DNA of 64,000 nucleotides from Halarcobacter sp. (GTDB lineage Bacteria; Campylobacterota; Campylobacteria; Campylobacterales; Arcobacteraceae): NCBI GenBank assembly GCA_963676565.1, contig OY781089.1, positions 2,336,001 to 2,400,000 of the forward strand, read 5' to 3'. Shown piece by piece: positions 38,501 to 46,371 of this stretch (position 1 is its first letter; each line of letters starts with the position of its first letter). The notes under the pieces were generated by a model. It saw only the letters and a program-made list of their open reading frames with translations, ran no database searches and was not told where the DNA came from. The position numbers and the translations under genes were made by a program.

Positions 38501-38550
38501 TGAAAAGATTTTTTTAAATCGTCAACTTTTAATACTTCATTTCTTTCCAT
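35536..38550 (-). CDS. HerA/DUF87-like (FtsK-HerA superfamily) ATPase with a long N-terminal region
   Basis: HTLVTGSTGAGKS, LVVEPAKGEY, VLEEAHN, EMRTYGEG, VDQSP. Confidence 0.85.
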   Translation of the reverse strand: MERNEVLKVDDLKKSFQSVEEVIEKRYLENISDYPILTSIKEIQPAKNVRLKKVRKIVFDKNEDIQDKLTSVYTTINSLGGSAIMIIYSNGNEIEIYLGTKKSENKDLKLLENGYFGSLSGNFPGCKIEEKFLNSEIEELVNKKIFNSNNIAVSLANGVPSLKSNDKESFSQGIEKFIEAMNGKKYTALFIADSVSDSAITQRRSAYEKIYSSLLPFSSQQISFGKNESMTITDGMSSSFTNTVTESLSKTTSISEGESISGNLSVLIASASYSKNKSESNSESLNKGTSESTMKGTNSSESNTTGQSETYQINYENKTAKNILEKIDKQIERIIESENYGMFDFAAYFISDSHEDAKIAASTYKSITRGEVSSLEKSSVVSWNISESIKLIPYLKNFEHPKISLNNIDMEIKPTSLISSKELSLAMSFPRKSVKGLAVEESVEFGRSLHLLDNSSSKRTINLGKLTHLGTLEHNTPIKLDIDSLSMHTLVTGSTGAGKSNTLYSILNQLDKNNVKFLVVEPAKGEYKEVFGGREDVTVLGTNSKYSEVLKLNPFSFHDEIHVLEHIDRLVEIFNACWPMYAAMPEVLKDAIIKSYEEVGWDTDLSYSIYETKRYPTFKILLNTLEKIIDDSSYSEEMKSNYKGALLTRVKSLNNGLIGQVLNNIDPISDDKLFDTNVIVDLSRVGSMETKSLLMGMIVLRLIEYRYSNKETLDSSLKHVTVLEEAHNILKRTSTEQSSEGNNLQGKSVEMISNAIAEMRTYGEGFIIVDQSPNMLDISAIRNTGTKIIMRLPEYTDRNDIGRSAALNDEQINEIPKLSTGTAIVYQNNWLEAVLCKIDVFDKKEFKALNYSFKDVINTHNNLMSSLLKILLFEELNEKLELGVDNIKLKDLTEYINTMNISTNIKDELLEITNNEKTSKSIDKKTKAKIINELLDGSKILSRIKNAKSMEEYDLNFSNLIKKNVNIDDNLYLELHLKDMIMYCESCDTSGFEQHYGNWHRNHF

Positions 38551-38608
38551 TAATTTTCCTTGGTAATTTGACTTAACTCATTCATCTTTTGTATGGTATT
38601 ATTAATAT

Positions 38609-39064
38609 CTATTTTAGTAAAACTATTGCTGCTACTACTCCTACAGCTAGTATTCCTATTATTGCAAGAGTGTTGTTCTTTGAGCTTTTTTTTTGTGAAA
38701 TCTCAATTCTCTCTTCTTTTTTTGTTTCATTAGTTTTAATTTCTACAGGAAATATAAACTTTCCAAGTTCCCTTACATGGTCAAGTCTTTCTTTTGAAAA
38801 GTTTCTTTGTAGTTTTACTTTTTGTTTATTAAAATAATCTTCATCCCATTGCTCTTTAGGAAGAATAGGACATAAGTTATTATCATGCTTTTCATATAGT
38901 TCATCATCTGAAATTTTATTTCTTAATAAACTTAATCTTTCTTCAACTTCTCTTCGTTCTCCATTTGGATCTAAAGCATTTGAACTTTCAATTGATATCC
39001 TAATATCTTCAATATTTTTCTCTTTTATATAGTTTTCAAATTCAATTTTACTTTCTTCTATCAT
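38609..39064 (-). CDS. Hypothetical protein with C-terminal membrane anchor
   Basis: Ends LAIIGILAVGVVAAIVLLK. Confidence 0.65.
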   Translation of the reverse strand: MIEESKIEFENYIKEKNIEDIRISIESSNALDPNGERREVEERLSLLRNKISDDELYEKHDNNLCPILPKEQWDEDYFNKQKVKLQRNFSKERLDHVRELGKFIFPVEIKTNETKKEERIEISQKKSSKNNTLAIIGILAVGVVAAIVLLK

Positions 39065-39074
39065 TTTGAGCCTT

Positions 39075-41315
39075 TTAATTAATTAAGTTTTCTTTCTCTA
39101 AATTATATTTATCTATCCAATTTATGATTTTTTCATGATTTTTAATCTCTATTTCAAGATGTTCTTTATTATTTATTAAGTTACTCATTTTTTGTATTTC
39201 CGTAGTTATAATTTGTCTAACTATATCAATCTCTTTAGTTGCAACTATCTTAATATTTGCTAACTCGTTTTCTGCTTCTTTTATTTCATTATTCATTTTT
39301 TTTAAAAAAGACTGTCTTAACTTTAAAAACTCTCTCTCTAATTTTTTTGAATCACTTTTTGTTTTTATATTTGGTATCCACTCTTTACCTGTTTCCCAAA
39401 ATTTAATACCCCAAAAAGAAACTGCATATTTGGTCTCATACTTACCTTCATCTATTTCTTTCGAGGAACCTTGTAAAATCTTTTCCTTACTTGGAAGCAT
39501 TGACTCAGAAAAAACTTTTACACTATATGACATTTCTCCTAATTCAATGTCATAAAAAGTTTTTGATATCTCTTCTTTAAACTCATTCACAATTTCTTCA
39601 GTTTTAACTTTTATATCTGAATGAACTTGTTGTTCAAGAGTTGTTTTAATTGATGTTTCTAAATCTGAAATTGTCTTAAATATACTATCTAGTTCTCTTT
39701 TTGCTTTACTTACCTCTATATCACGATTAAAAATACTCTTTTTAAGTATTTCATTAAATTTTCTTTCTAATTTTTCTTTTTCTATATCAATTGGTTCATG
39801 GGATATACTAATTGATTCAATTTTTTTTTTAAAGTTATCAACACTTTCTTTACTAGTTATTTTTATCGAAACTTCTTGTAACTTTTCTTTTAAATCGTTA
39901 TTTTCATCTTTTCTCTTTTGTAGTAAATTCAGTAAGTCATCTCTCTTAACTTCTGTGTTTACGGCTTTTTCTATTTCTGTAAAAGCATCATGTATTTTCA
40001 TAGGTATTGCATATTTATTTACATAATCATCTATCGCCATTTCTAAAGATGGTATTCCTGAATGGATTTCAGCTTGAGTAACCCAATCATTTTCCTCTTT
40101 AGCTTTTTTTAATTTATCTTCGATGATAGATTTTTGTTGATTTGTAATTGGAGCATATTTCTCAAAATAATGATATTCTCTTTCTTTCTTTACAACTTTT
40201 TCACATATATCTAATGCATCACCTTCATCATCATCTAATTCAAAACCTTTTAAATTCTTTCTACAACATAAGGCTCTATATGATGAGATAGGAAATATTT
40301 TTGTATCTTTAATATTAAGACCTTCTAAAAACTCTTTTGCATTATTAATCATTTTATCAACTTGTGTTTTATTAATATCATCAGCTTTATTAAGTACAAA
40401 AATAAATCTCTCATGATCTTGAGAAGTATTTTTCTTATTTATACTCTCTGCTATTTCCTCTAGTAAATCATTTGTACCGTCGTCTGTTAAACTATTAGCA
40501 TTTAGTACATAGATGATTAAAGGATTTTTTTCTTCATCTTTAATTAATGTATAAGTAACCTTTTTATGTTCTTGGTTCTGTGCATTATTAGGTCCAGGGG
40601 TATCAAGTAGTACTAGATTAGCTACACTTGACGAAATGTTTGGTATGTCTCCATTTAATCTAATTTCATGAACATTTTCTTGTTTATTCGCATTTTCAAG
40701 TTGTTCTTCTAGAGATTCGCCAAAAACTTCTAATGATTCGCCATTTGAATTTAATAAATTTACAGAAAAATTTTCGGCATAGTCATCATCGCGTATTGAA
40801 AATATTTTTGCAGTAGTTGGTTCATTTCTTGCAGGAAGAATAGATTGTCCTATCATAGAGTTGATAAGAGTCGATTTTCCAGAACTCATAGTTGCTACTA
40901 TTGCTACTTCAAATTCTGTATTAAGTTTATTTAAAAATCTATTTATAAGTTCTTCATTTTGACTAATACCTTCAATCGGTGAACTTCTAAGTATTGATTC
41001 AAATTTTTTTATCTTTGTAATATCTATATTATCATATTTTGATTCATGAATAATAGTTAAATTTATTCCATTATTACTATTATAACTTTTGCAAGAATGT
41101 AATAAATCTTCATATTCAAAACTTCTTCCTATAAATATAAGATTTATATTCTTTTCATTACATTCGTTAAAGAACTCTTCTGGTATGTCATCTATAACAT
41201 CTATTAATCTTTTATTCTTTAATTTACTAAATTTTTCATCATTAGTTAATTCATCTTCAATCCAAATTTTAGTTTCATTGAAAAATGGATTATGTTCAAT
41301 TGTAAAGTTTGACAC
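39075..41315 (-). CDS. Bacterial dynamin-like GTPase
   Basis: G1 ATMSSGKST, G2 PTT, G3 DTPG, G4 NKAD, helical C-terminus; GTG start. Confidence 0.85.
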   Translation of the reverse strand: MSNFTIEHNPFFNETKIWIEDELTNDEKFSKLKNKRLIDVIDDIPEEFFNECNEKNINLIFIGRSFEYEDLLHSCKSYNSNNGINLTIIHESKYDNIDITKIKKFESILRSSPIEGISQNEELINRFLNKLNTEFEVAIVATMSSGKSTLINSMIGQSILPARNEPTTAKIFSIRDDDYAENFSVNLLNSNGESLEVFGESLEEQLENANKQENVHEIRLNGDIPNISSSVANLVLLDTPGPNNAQNQEHKKVTYTLIKDEEKNPLIIYVLNANSLTDDGTNDLLEEIAESINKKNTSQDHERFIFVLNKADDINKTQVDKMINNAKEFLEGLNIKDTKIFPISSYRALCCRKNLKGFELDDDEGDALDICEKVVKKEREYHYFEKYAPITNQQKSIIEDKLKKAKEENDWVTQAEIHSGIPSLEMAIDDYVNKYAIPMKIHDAFTEIEKAVNTEVKRDDLLNLLQKRKDENNDLKEKLQEVSIKITSKESVDNFKKKIESISISHEPIDIEKEKLERKFNEILKKSIFNRDIEVSKAKRELDSIFKTISDLETSIKTTLEQQVHSDIKVKTEEIVNEFKEEISKTFYDIELGEMSYSVKVFSESMLPSKEKILQGSSKEIDEGKYETKYAVSFWGIKFWETGKEWIPNIKTKSDSKKLEREFLKLRQSFLKKMNNEIKEAENELANIKIVATKEIDIVRQIITTEIQKMSNLINNKEHLEIEIKNHEKIINWIDKYNLEKENLIN

Positions 41316-41498
41316 TAAAATACCTTTTTTTAAAATAACAAATATTATATATAATTATTTCTTAATATCTTTATTATTACATTACCTTTGGACAGGGTAT
41401 GTCGTTTTTATAAATTAATATCATTTTTTTACACTCACATATCATAGGTATAGAAAAGCAAGAATAGTCTTGCTTTGTCAAAACACAAAGGAATGCCT

Positions 41499-41666
41499 AT
41501 GAAAAAATCTGTTTTAAGTATTTCAAAAAAAGATTTAGCCTATGAGCGATGGCTAAGAAAGTTTATTAAAGCTCCATCTTCAAAAGAGCTTGATGATATG
41601 GAAAAAGAAGCTTTAAAACTCAAACCTCAAAATAACCCTTACTATCAACCACTACAAGGAGCTTAA
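41499..41666 (+). CDS. Small hypothetical protein (55 aa), first gene of the rightward operon
   Basis: AAAGGA RBS before ATG 41499. Confidence 0.55.
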   Translation: MKKSVLSISKKDLAYERWLRKFIKAPSSKELDDMEKEALKLKPQNNPYYQPLQGA

Positions 41667-41667
41667 G

Positions 41668-41754
41668 ATGAATATACCTCCTACTGTAGTAGTAGCCATT
41701 ATTATCGCTTCTGCAACGATTGTAAAAGAGTATCTTGAATCAAAAGAAAACTAG
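41668..41754 (+). CDS. 28-aa single-TM peptide MNIPPTVVVAIIIASATIVKEYLESKEN
   Basis: AAGGAG RBS, ATG 1 bp after the previous stop, TAG at 41752-41754; below ORF-track cutoff. Confidence 0.55.
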   Translation: MNIPPTVVVAIIIASATIVKEYLESKEN

Positions 41755-41809
41755 TTTTAGTCAAAGACTATTAATTCAATTAAACAATAAAAATAAACAA
41801 GGAAAAATC

Positions 41810-42628
41810 ATGTCAGTAAATCCATTAACAAACGAGCAACTAAAAAAGTTAGCTCCTTCAATCTTCAGTGAAACACCAATAGAAGGAGTTTCGGAGCAAT
41901 ACACTTTTGTACCAACACATTCAGTATTAGATACATTTAGAGAAGCTGGCTATTATCCAATTATGGCTAGTGAGAGTAAAGTAAGAAACTCTGAAAATCA
42001 AGGCTATCAAAAACATATAATTCAGTTTAGAAGTGTAGATAATATTCTAAGACCAAAAGCTAATGAAGAGTATGCAGATATTGTATTAACTAACTCACAC
42101 AATCGTACATCATCATTCATTGTAGATTTAGCTTTCTTTAGAATCGTATGTTCTAATATGCTTGTAGTACCAAGCCAGAGCTTTATTCACCACTCTATTA
42201 TGCATAAAGGCTTTAACTTTTTAAAAGTAGATAATGCAATAAATGAAGTAGTTTCATATATGCCAAAAATGAAAGAACAAATTGAAAGCTTTAAATGTAT
42301 TCCTTTATCTAAAATAGAGCAACACTCTCTTGCTAGTGCTGCTATTGATATTAGATTTGATAGAAAACTACATGAAGTATCTTCAAATGAACTTCTAGCA
42401 GTTAATAGAGAAGAAGATGAAGATAATTCATTATGGAATGTATTTAATCGTATTCAAGAAGCAATCATAAGAGGTGGAATAAAAGGAAAAAATAAACATA
42501 CAGGTAAAAGTTTTACTTCTAAAGCTATTACAGCAATTGATGCCAATTTAAAATTAAATAAAGAGCTATTTACTACTGTTCAGAATATGGCAATGCTAAA
42601 GTCTCAAGACTATGCAATGGCTGCATAA
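41810..42628 (+). CDS. DUF932/DUF945 family plasmid/phage protein
   Basis: PLTNEQLKKLAPSIF, YTFVPT, LTNSHN, FRIVCSN, LWNVFNRIQE; AAGGA RBS before ATG 41810. Confidence 0.85.
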   Translation: MSVNPLTNEQLKKLAPSIFSETPIEGVSEQYTFVPTHSVLDTFREAGYYPIMASESKVRNSENQGYQKHIIQFRSVDNILRPKANEEYADIVLTNSHNRTSSFIVDLAFFRIVCSNMLVVPSQSFIHHSIMHKGFNFLKVDNAINEVVSYMPKMKEQIESFKCIPLSKIEQHSLASAAIDIRFDRKLHEVSSNELLAVNREEDEDNSLWNVFNRIQEAIIRGGIKGKNKHTGKSFTSKAITAIDANLKLNKELFTTVQNMAMLKSQDYAMAA

Positions 42629-42638
42629 GGAGTATGTT

Positions 42639-43205
42639 ATGAAAATCAAAAAGTATAGACTTCAAACAGAGATGGAAAATCTAAAAGTAGGAAGTGAAAA
42701 ATGGTTTAAAGACTATCTAAAAGAGTTGTTAGAATCAGACAAACCATACTATGAAAAAGCAGACTATATTGCTTACTGTGTTAATCAACTACAGGCAAAG
42801 ATTGATTATGTCTCTTCTGAAATTAGACATCTTCAACAAGTTAAAAAGTCTTTATCTTCTTCAAAAGAGTTAGCTATGGAACTTACTGCATCTGTTTTAG
42901 CCGAATATGGAATTGATAAAATTGAAGGAGTAAATATCTCTTCAATCACAGTAACTGCTTCAACTACAAAAAGTAAAGATGTAATTAACTTTAAAGATGA
43001 AAATAAAATTATGGGACTAGGATATGTAAAATTCTTAGTTGATGAAGAAGCTGTAGAGAAAGCTTTAAAAAGTAATGAATCACAAGAACTAAAAGATCTT
43101 GTAGATATTATAACTATCAAAGAAACAAGTCCTTCTAAGATTAAAATCAATAATAAAAGAAACCAATCAAACAATGAAGTGAAAATAGAAAAACAAGTAG
43201 CATAA
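42639..43205 (+). CDS. Siphovirus Gp157-like protein
   Basis: EKADYIAYCVNQLQAKIDYVSSEIRHLQQVKKSL...GIDKIEG; next to an annealase. Confidence 0.6.
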   Translation: MKIKKYRLQTEMENLKVGSEKWFKDYLKELLESDKPYYEKADYIAYCVNQLQAKIDYVSSEIRHLQQVKKSLSSSKELAMELTASVLAEYGIDKIEGVNISSITVTASTTKSKDVINFKDENKIMGLGYVKFLVDEEAVEKALKSNESQELKDLVDIITIKETSPSKIKINNKRNQSNNEVKIEKQVA

Positions 43206-43215
43206 GGAGAAAGCT

Positions 43216-43930
43216 ATGTTTAATGATAAACAAATAAAGACATTAGAAGATGAGTTAGACTCTTCAAGAATTAAAACACGAGACAAAGGAAACATCAACC
43301 TCTCATATTTAGAGGGGTTTGATGTAATTGAAACAGCTAATAATGTGTTTGGTTTTGGGAATTGGTCATATACTGTATCAAAACTAGAACAAGTATCTCA
43401 AGAAACAAATGTCAATCAAAACTATGTAGTTTGTTATAAAGCAGTTCTTAGAGTAATAGTTTATAATAATACGCATACTATCAATGTAGATAGAGAAGAT
43501 GTAGGATTTGGAACTGGAATTGCTAAAACTTTAGCTGATGCCCATGAAAATGGAGCAAAAGAAGCTATTACAGATGGATTAAAAAGAGCACTTAGGTCTT
43601 TTGGAAACCAGTTTGGTAACTCACTATATGATAAGAGTAGAAATCATAATAAGCAAAATCAAAGAAACCAACAAAACAAACAAGTAACCCATAATCAACA
43701 AACTCCACTTTCAAACAATCAAAATCAAAGAAATACTAATCAAGGATTGAATCAATATGAGTATCAATCCCTTTACAATCTAGGATTAAATATCCTTGAA
43801 CAAAATGGCTTCTTAATAGTTGTAGGTGATGATATTTTTGCTAAGAAAGATTCTATTAAAGCTTGTGGCTTTAGATGGGGATGGAAACTCTAAGCAATGG
43901 TATAAATCACTAGAACAAGGGGCTGCTTAA
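43216..43930 (+). CDS. Rad52/Rad22 (Sak) single-strand annealing protein; annotated frame stops at 43893, with an apparent 1-bp frameshift near the 3' end
   Basis: LSYLEG...ANNVFGFGNWS, KEAITDGLKRALRSFGNQFGNSLYDK; removing one G at 43877-43880 extends the ORF to TAA 43928-43930. Confidence 0.85.
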
Positions 43931-44229
43931 TGGAATTAATACCAAATGAAATAAAAGATAAAATTCCTAAGCTATATGATACAGAAGATATTTCAGACCC
44001 TATTGTTCATATAAAATTATTCTTAGATGGATGGACTTGGTACATAACCGAACTTTCAATAAATGATGATATATGCTTTGGATATGTTGTTTCTCCATAT
44101 GAAAGTGAACTTGGATACTTTTCATTAGAGGAGTTAAAGTCATTAAGAGGAAGATTAGGAACTTGGGTTGAAAGGGATTTGTTCTTTAAGCCAACACCAT
44201 TATCAAAAATAAAAAAGGGAAGAAGATGA
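43930..44229 (+). CDS. DUF2958-like protein
   Basis: WTWYITE, FGYV, ELGYFSLEEL, VERDLFF. Confidence 0.75.
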   Translation: MELIPNEIKDKIPKLYDTEDISDPIVHIKLFLDGWTWYITELSINDDICFGYVVSPYESELGYFSLEELKSLRGRLGTWVERDLFFKPTPLSKIKKGRR

Positions 44230-44462
44230 ATACTGATTATGAAATGTTAATACCTAAAGAAAAATTTCTATTGTCTATTAAAGATATTGATAATCTAGGT
44301 ATTATTAAGAGTGCTATGTGCAAAAAACTAATCTATAAAAGAGAAATAGAAGTAGTTAAAATTGGAACTAAAAACTTCATTTCTCATTATGAATTAATTA
44401 GATACCTTAAAGAGAGAACTATCCCAACAGAAAACTATAATCATAATAGATCATCTGCTTAA
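44226..44462 (+). CDS. Excisionase-like (MerR/HTH_17-type) small DNA-binding protein
   Basis: KKLIYKREIEVVKIGTKNFISHYELIRYL. Confidence 0.6.
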   Translation: MNTDYEMLIPKEKFLLSIKDIDNLGIIKSAMCKKLIYKREIEVVKIGTKNFISHYELIRYLKERTIPTENYNHNRSSA

Positions 44463-44523
44463 ACTAAATAGTCTTAGTAGATTAAATGATTTTTTATACT
44501 TTTGAGACGGTTTAAAATCACTC

Positions 44524-44558
44524 TTTTACAAGCATAGTATTTCACTATGCTTGTAAAA
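44524..44558. terminator. Bidirectional terminator between convergent Xis-like genes
   Basis: TTTTACAAGCATAGT-ATTTC-ACTATGCTTGTAAAA, 15-bp perfect stem. Confidence 0.8.
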
Positions 44559-44647
44559 TATTTTTTTGTTTGATTTGAAGTTTACTATTAAGTTAGAGTG
44601 ATTTTAGTAGATTTAGTATTTAAAAAATTTGATTTAAACTGTAATAT

Positions 44648-44854
44648 TTATTCTACAGGAAAAGTTTGCGACTCCAAATATGAAATCAAAGCAGTTCTAG
44701 ATATGAAGTTTTTTGAATTCAACTTCACAACCTCAATTTTATGGGCATATATGAGCTTCTTTAAAAGATCACTTTTTATAAGTTTCATTTCATCAATTTG
44801 TCTTATGCTAAAAAGAATTCCCTCTGGAATTAATTTATCAAAATCTGTAATCAT
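44648..44854 (-). CDS. Second excisionase-like protein, paralog of 44226-44462
   Basis: KKLIYAHKIEVVKLNSKNFISRTALISYL. Confidence 0.6.
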   Translation of the reverse strand: MITDFDKLIPEGILFSIRQIDEMKLIKSDLLKKLIYAHKIEVVKLNSKNFISRTALISYLESQTFPVE

Positions 44855-44919
44855 TATAAAAATCCTTAAATTTTAGTCTTTTGATATTTCTATCACATAT
44901 GTAGGTTTGCTATAATTTT

Positions 44920-45960
44920 TTATTTTCTATTAAACCTTGAGGTGCCGTATATGTAGTTTTCTTTTTTACAAATTTTAAACTTACCATTTGCACTAAAAGT
45001 AATAGTATCTATCATTCTAATAAATTTATCAATATTAGATAAGTTAGTTTTTATTGTAATTGCAAATAATGAAGCTTTTTCAATAAGTTCTGTTCTCTCT
45101 TTATTTGAGTTAGCCTTATTATACTTTTTAGTAAAATTGTCCTTTTCCTTTAAATCTTCAAAGTAGAGAACTTTGTAATCTTTTAACTCTCTAAGAAAAG
45201 CTTCAATTGAAACTTTATTATTTAAGAAGTATCGATTTTGTAACTTCATCTCAAAGCGTGTCAAAGAATAGCCTAAATTATAATTACTTTTATCAATAAG
45301 CTGTTTTCTTTTATCATACAAATAAGCTCTCTTTTGAACATTGTTTCTTCTTTTCCTTATTTCTGCCAATAGTTTCTCTTTTTCAGTGAACCATTTTTTA
45401 TCATCATGTCGCGTAAACTTCTCTACATAAAATGTACCGTTATACATCTGGATTCTATTGCCACTATTATCGCACTCACCTAAATCATGGTACTTTTTCC
45501 TACTTTTTCTATTTATGGGGACAATTACTGTATTATTTATTTTATAAGGCATATCCATACATATATCAAGTTGAGAGATCATAGGAACTAGGCTTTTATC
45601 TTTATTTATAAAAGCCATTACATTTTTAAGTAATAATTCACTTTTTTCATCTAAGTCTTTTATGTGTCTCTTTAGACCATAAAAATTTATACTTACATAA
45701 TAGTTTGTAATTTTAGAGTATGGGTTTGGATAGCCACTTTTAGAAATATCACCAATAGTGGTATTAGAGTTTATTAACTTAGTACATTTAAAAAACTGAG
45801 TACTTTTCCTTTTATCATAACATAAACCAACTAACTTAGTTGTTTTTATAAAATTCAATAATTCACTGTAGATAAGATCTCTTTTATTCTTATCTACAAA
45901 ATCTATTCTTAAAGATAGACTATCAATATAGCCATCAAAAAACTCTTCTTTATTCTTCAT
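44920..45960 (-). CDS. Rep_trans-like replication initiator/relaxase
   Basis: IDSLSLRID, ISQLDICMD, YLYDKRKQ and TRFEMKL in the order typical of Rep_trans-related proteins. Confidence 0.55.
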   Translation of the reverse strand: MKNKEEFFDGYIDSLSLRIDFVDKNKRDLIYSELLNFIKTTKLVGLCYDKRKSTQFFKCTKLINSNTTIGDISKSGYPNPYSKITNYYVSINFYGLKRHIKDLDEKSELLLKNVMAFINKDKSLVPMISQLDICMDMPYKINNTVIVPINRKSRKKYHDLGECDNSGNRIQMYNGTFYVEKFTRHDDKKWFTEKEKLLAEIRKRRNNVQKRAYLYDKRKQLIDKSNYNLGYSLTRFEMKLQNRYFLNNKVSIEAFLRELKDYKVLYFEDLKEKDNFTKKYNKANSNKERTELIEKASLFAITIKTNLSNIDKFIRMIDTITFSANGKFKICKKENYIYGTSRFNRK

Positions 45961-46243
45961 TTCTATTCCTTTTACTTTTTGTCAAGAAATAGAACAATAT
46001 TAAAATAAATAATATTTATAAGCTTAATATTTTGATTATTAACTACTGTAATATACACCTATTATATGTTTAGGTAAAAAGCTAAGGGTTATAGAATTAG
46101 TTTACTTTTTTACAAAATCTTTTAATTGTTAAGTTCAAAGTAAAAGTGTAATGCATAAATAAAACAAAACTATAGTAAAAATCTATACAACTTTATACCA
46201 GGTTACAGCCTAATGATTTTACTAAAACACTAAACTGTTTTGT

Positions 46244-46326
46244 CTGAGAATAGTACTGAGAATCTTTTGAGAAGGGGCTTGAGAAATATTGAGAATTTAC
46301 TGAGAGTACTCTGAAAGTTACTCAGA
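46244..46326 (+). repeat. Iteron-like array of TGAGAA-type hexamers with ~11-bp period (putative origin)
   Basis: TGAGAA at 46245, 46257, 46268, 46280, 46290; TGAGAG 46301; TGAAAG 46312; inverted CTCAGA at 46321. Confidence 0.7.
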
Positions 46327-46371
46327 GCACATTGATTTTGATTAAATTTGATTTAATTTTTACAGATAGTT

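Noticed and set aside
35536..38550. ATPase as VirB4/VirD4 of a conjugation system
   Set aside because: No other mating-pair genes recognised; motifs fit HerA/DUF87 better
39821..39830. T10 homopolymer in the dynamin gene as a phase-variation switch
   Set aside because: In frame; A/T runs are common in this genome, and Campylobacterota contingency tracts are usually poly-G/C
41735..41809. Upstream TTG start for the DUF932 gene
   Set aside because: ATG at 41810 has the RBS and matches the family N-terminus; the extension overlaps the 28-aa peptide gene
46244..46326. CRISPR array
   Set aside because: Repeats are 6 bp with 4-6 bp spacers and no cas genes were recognised in the window
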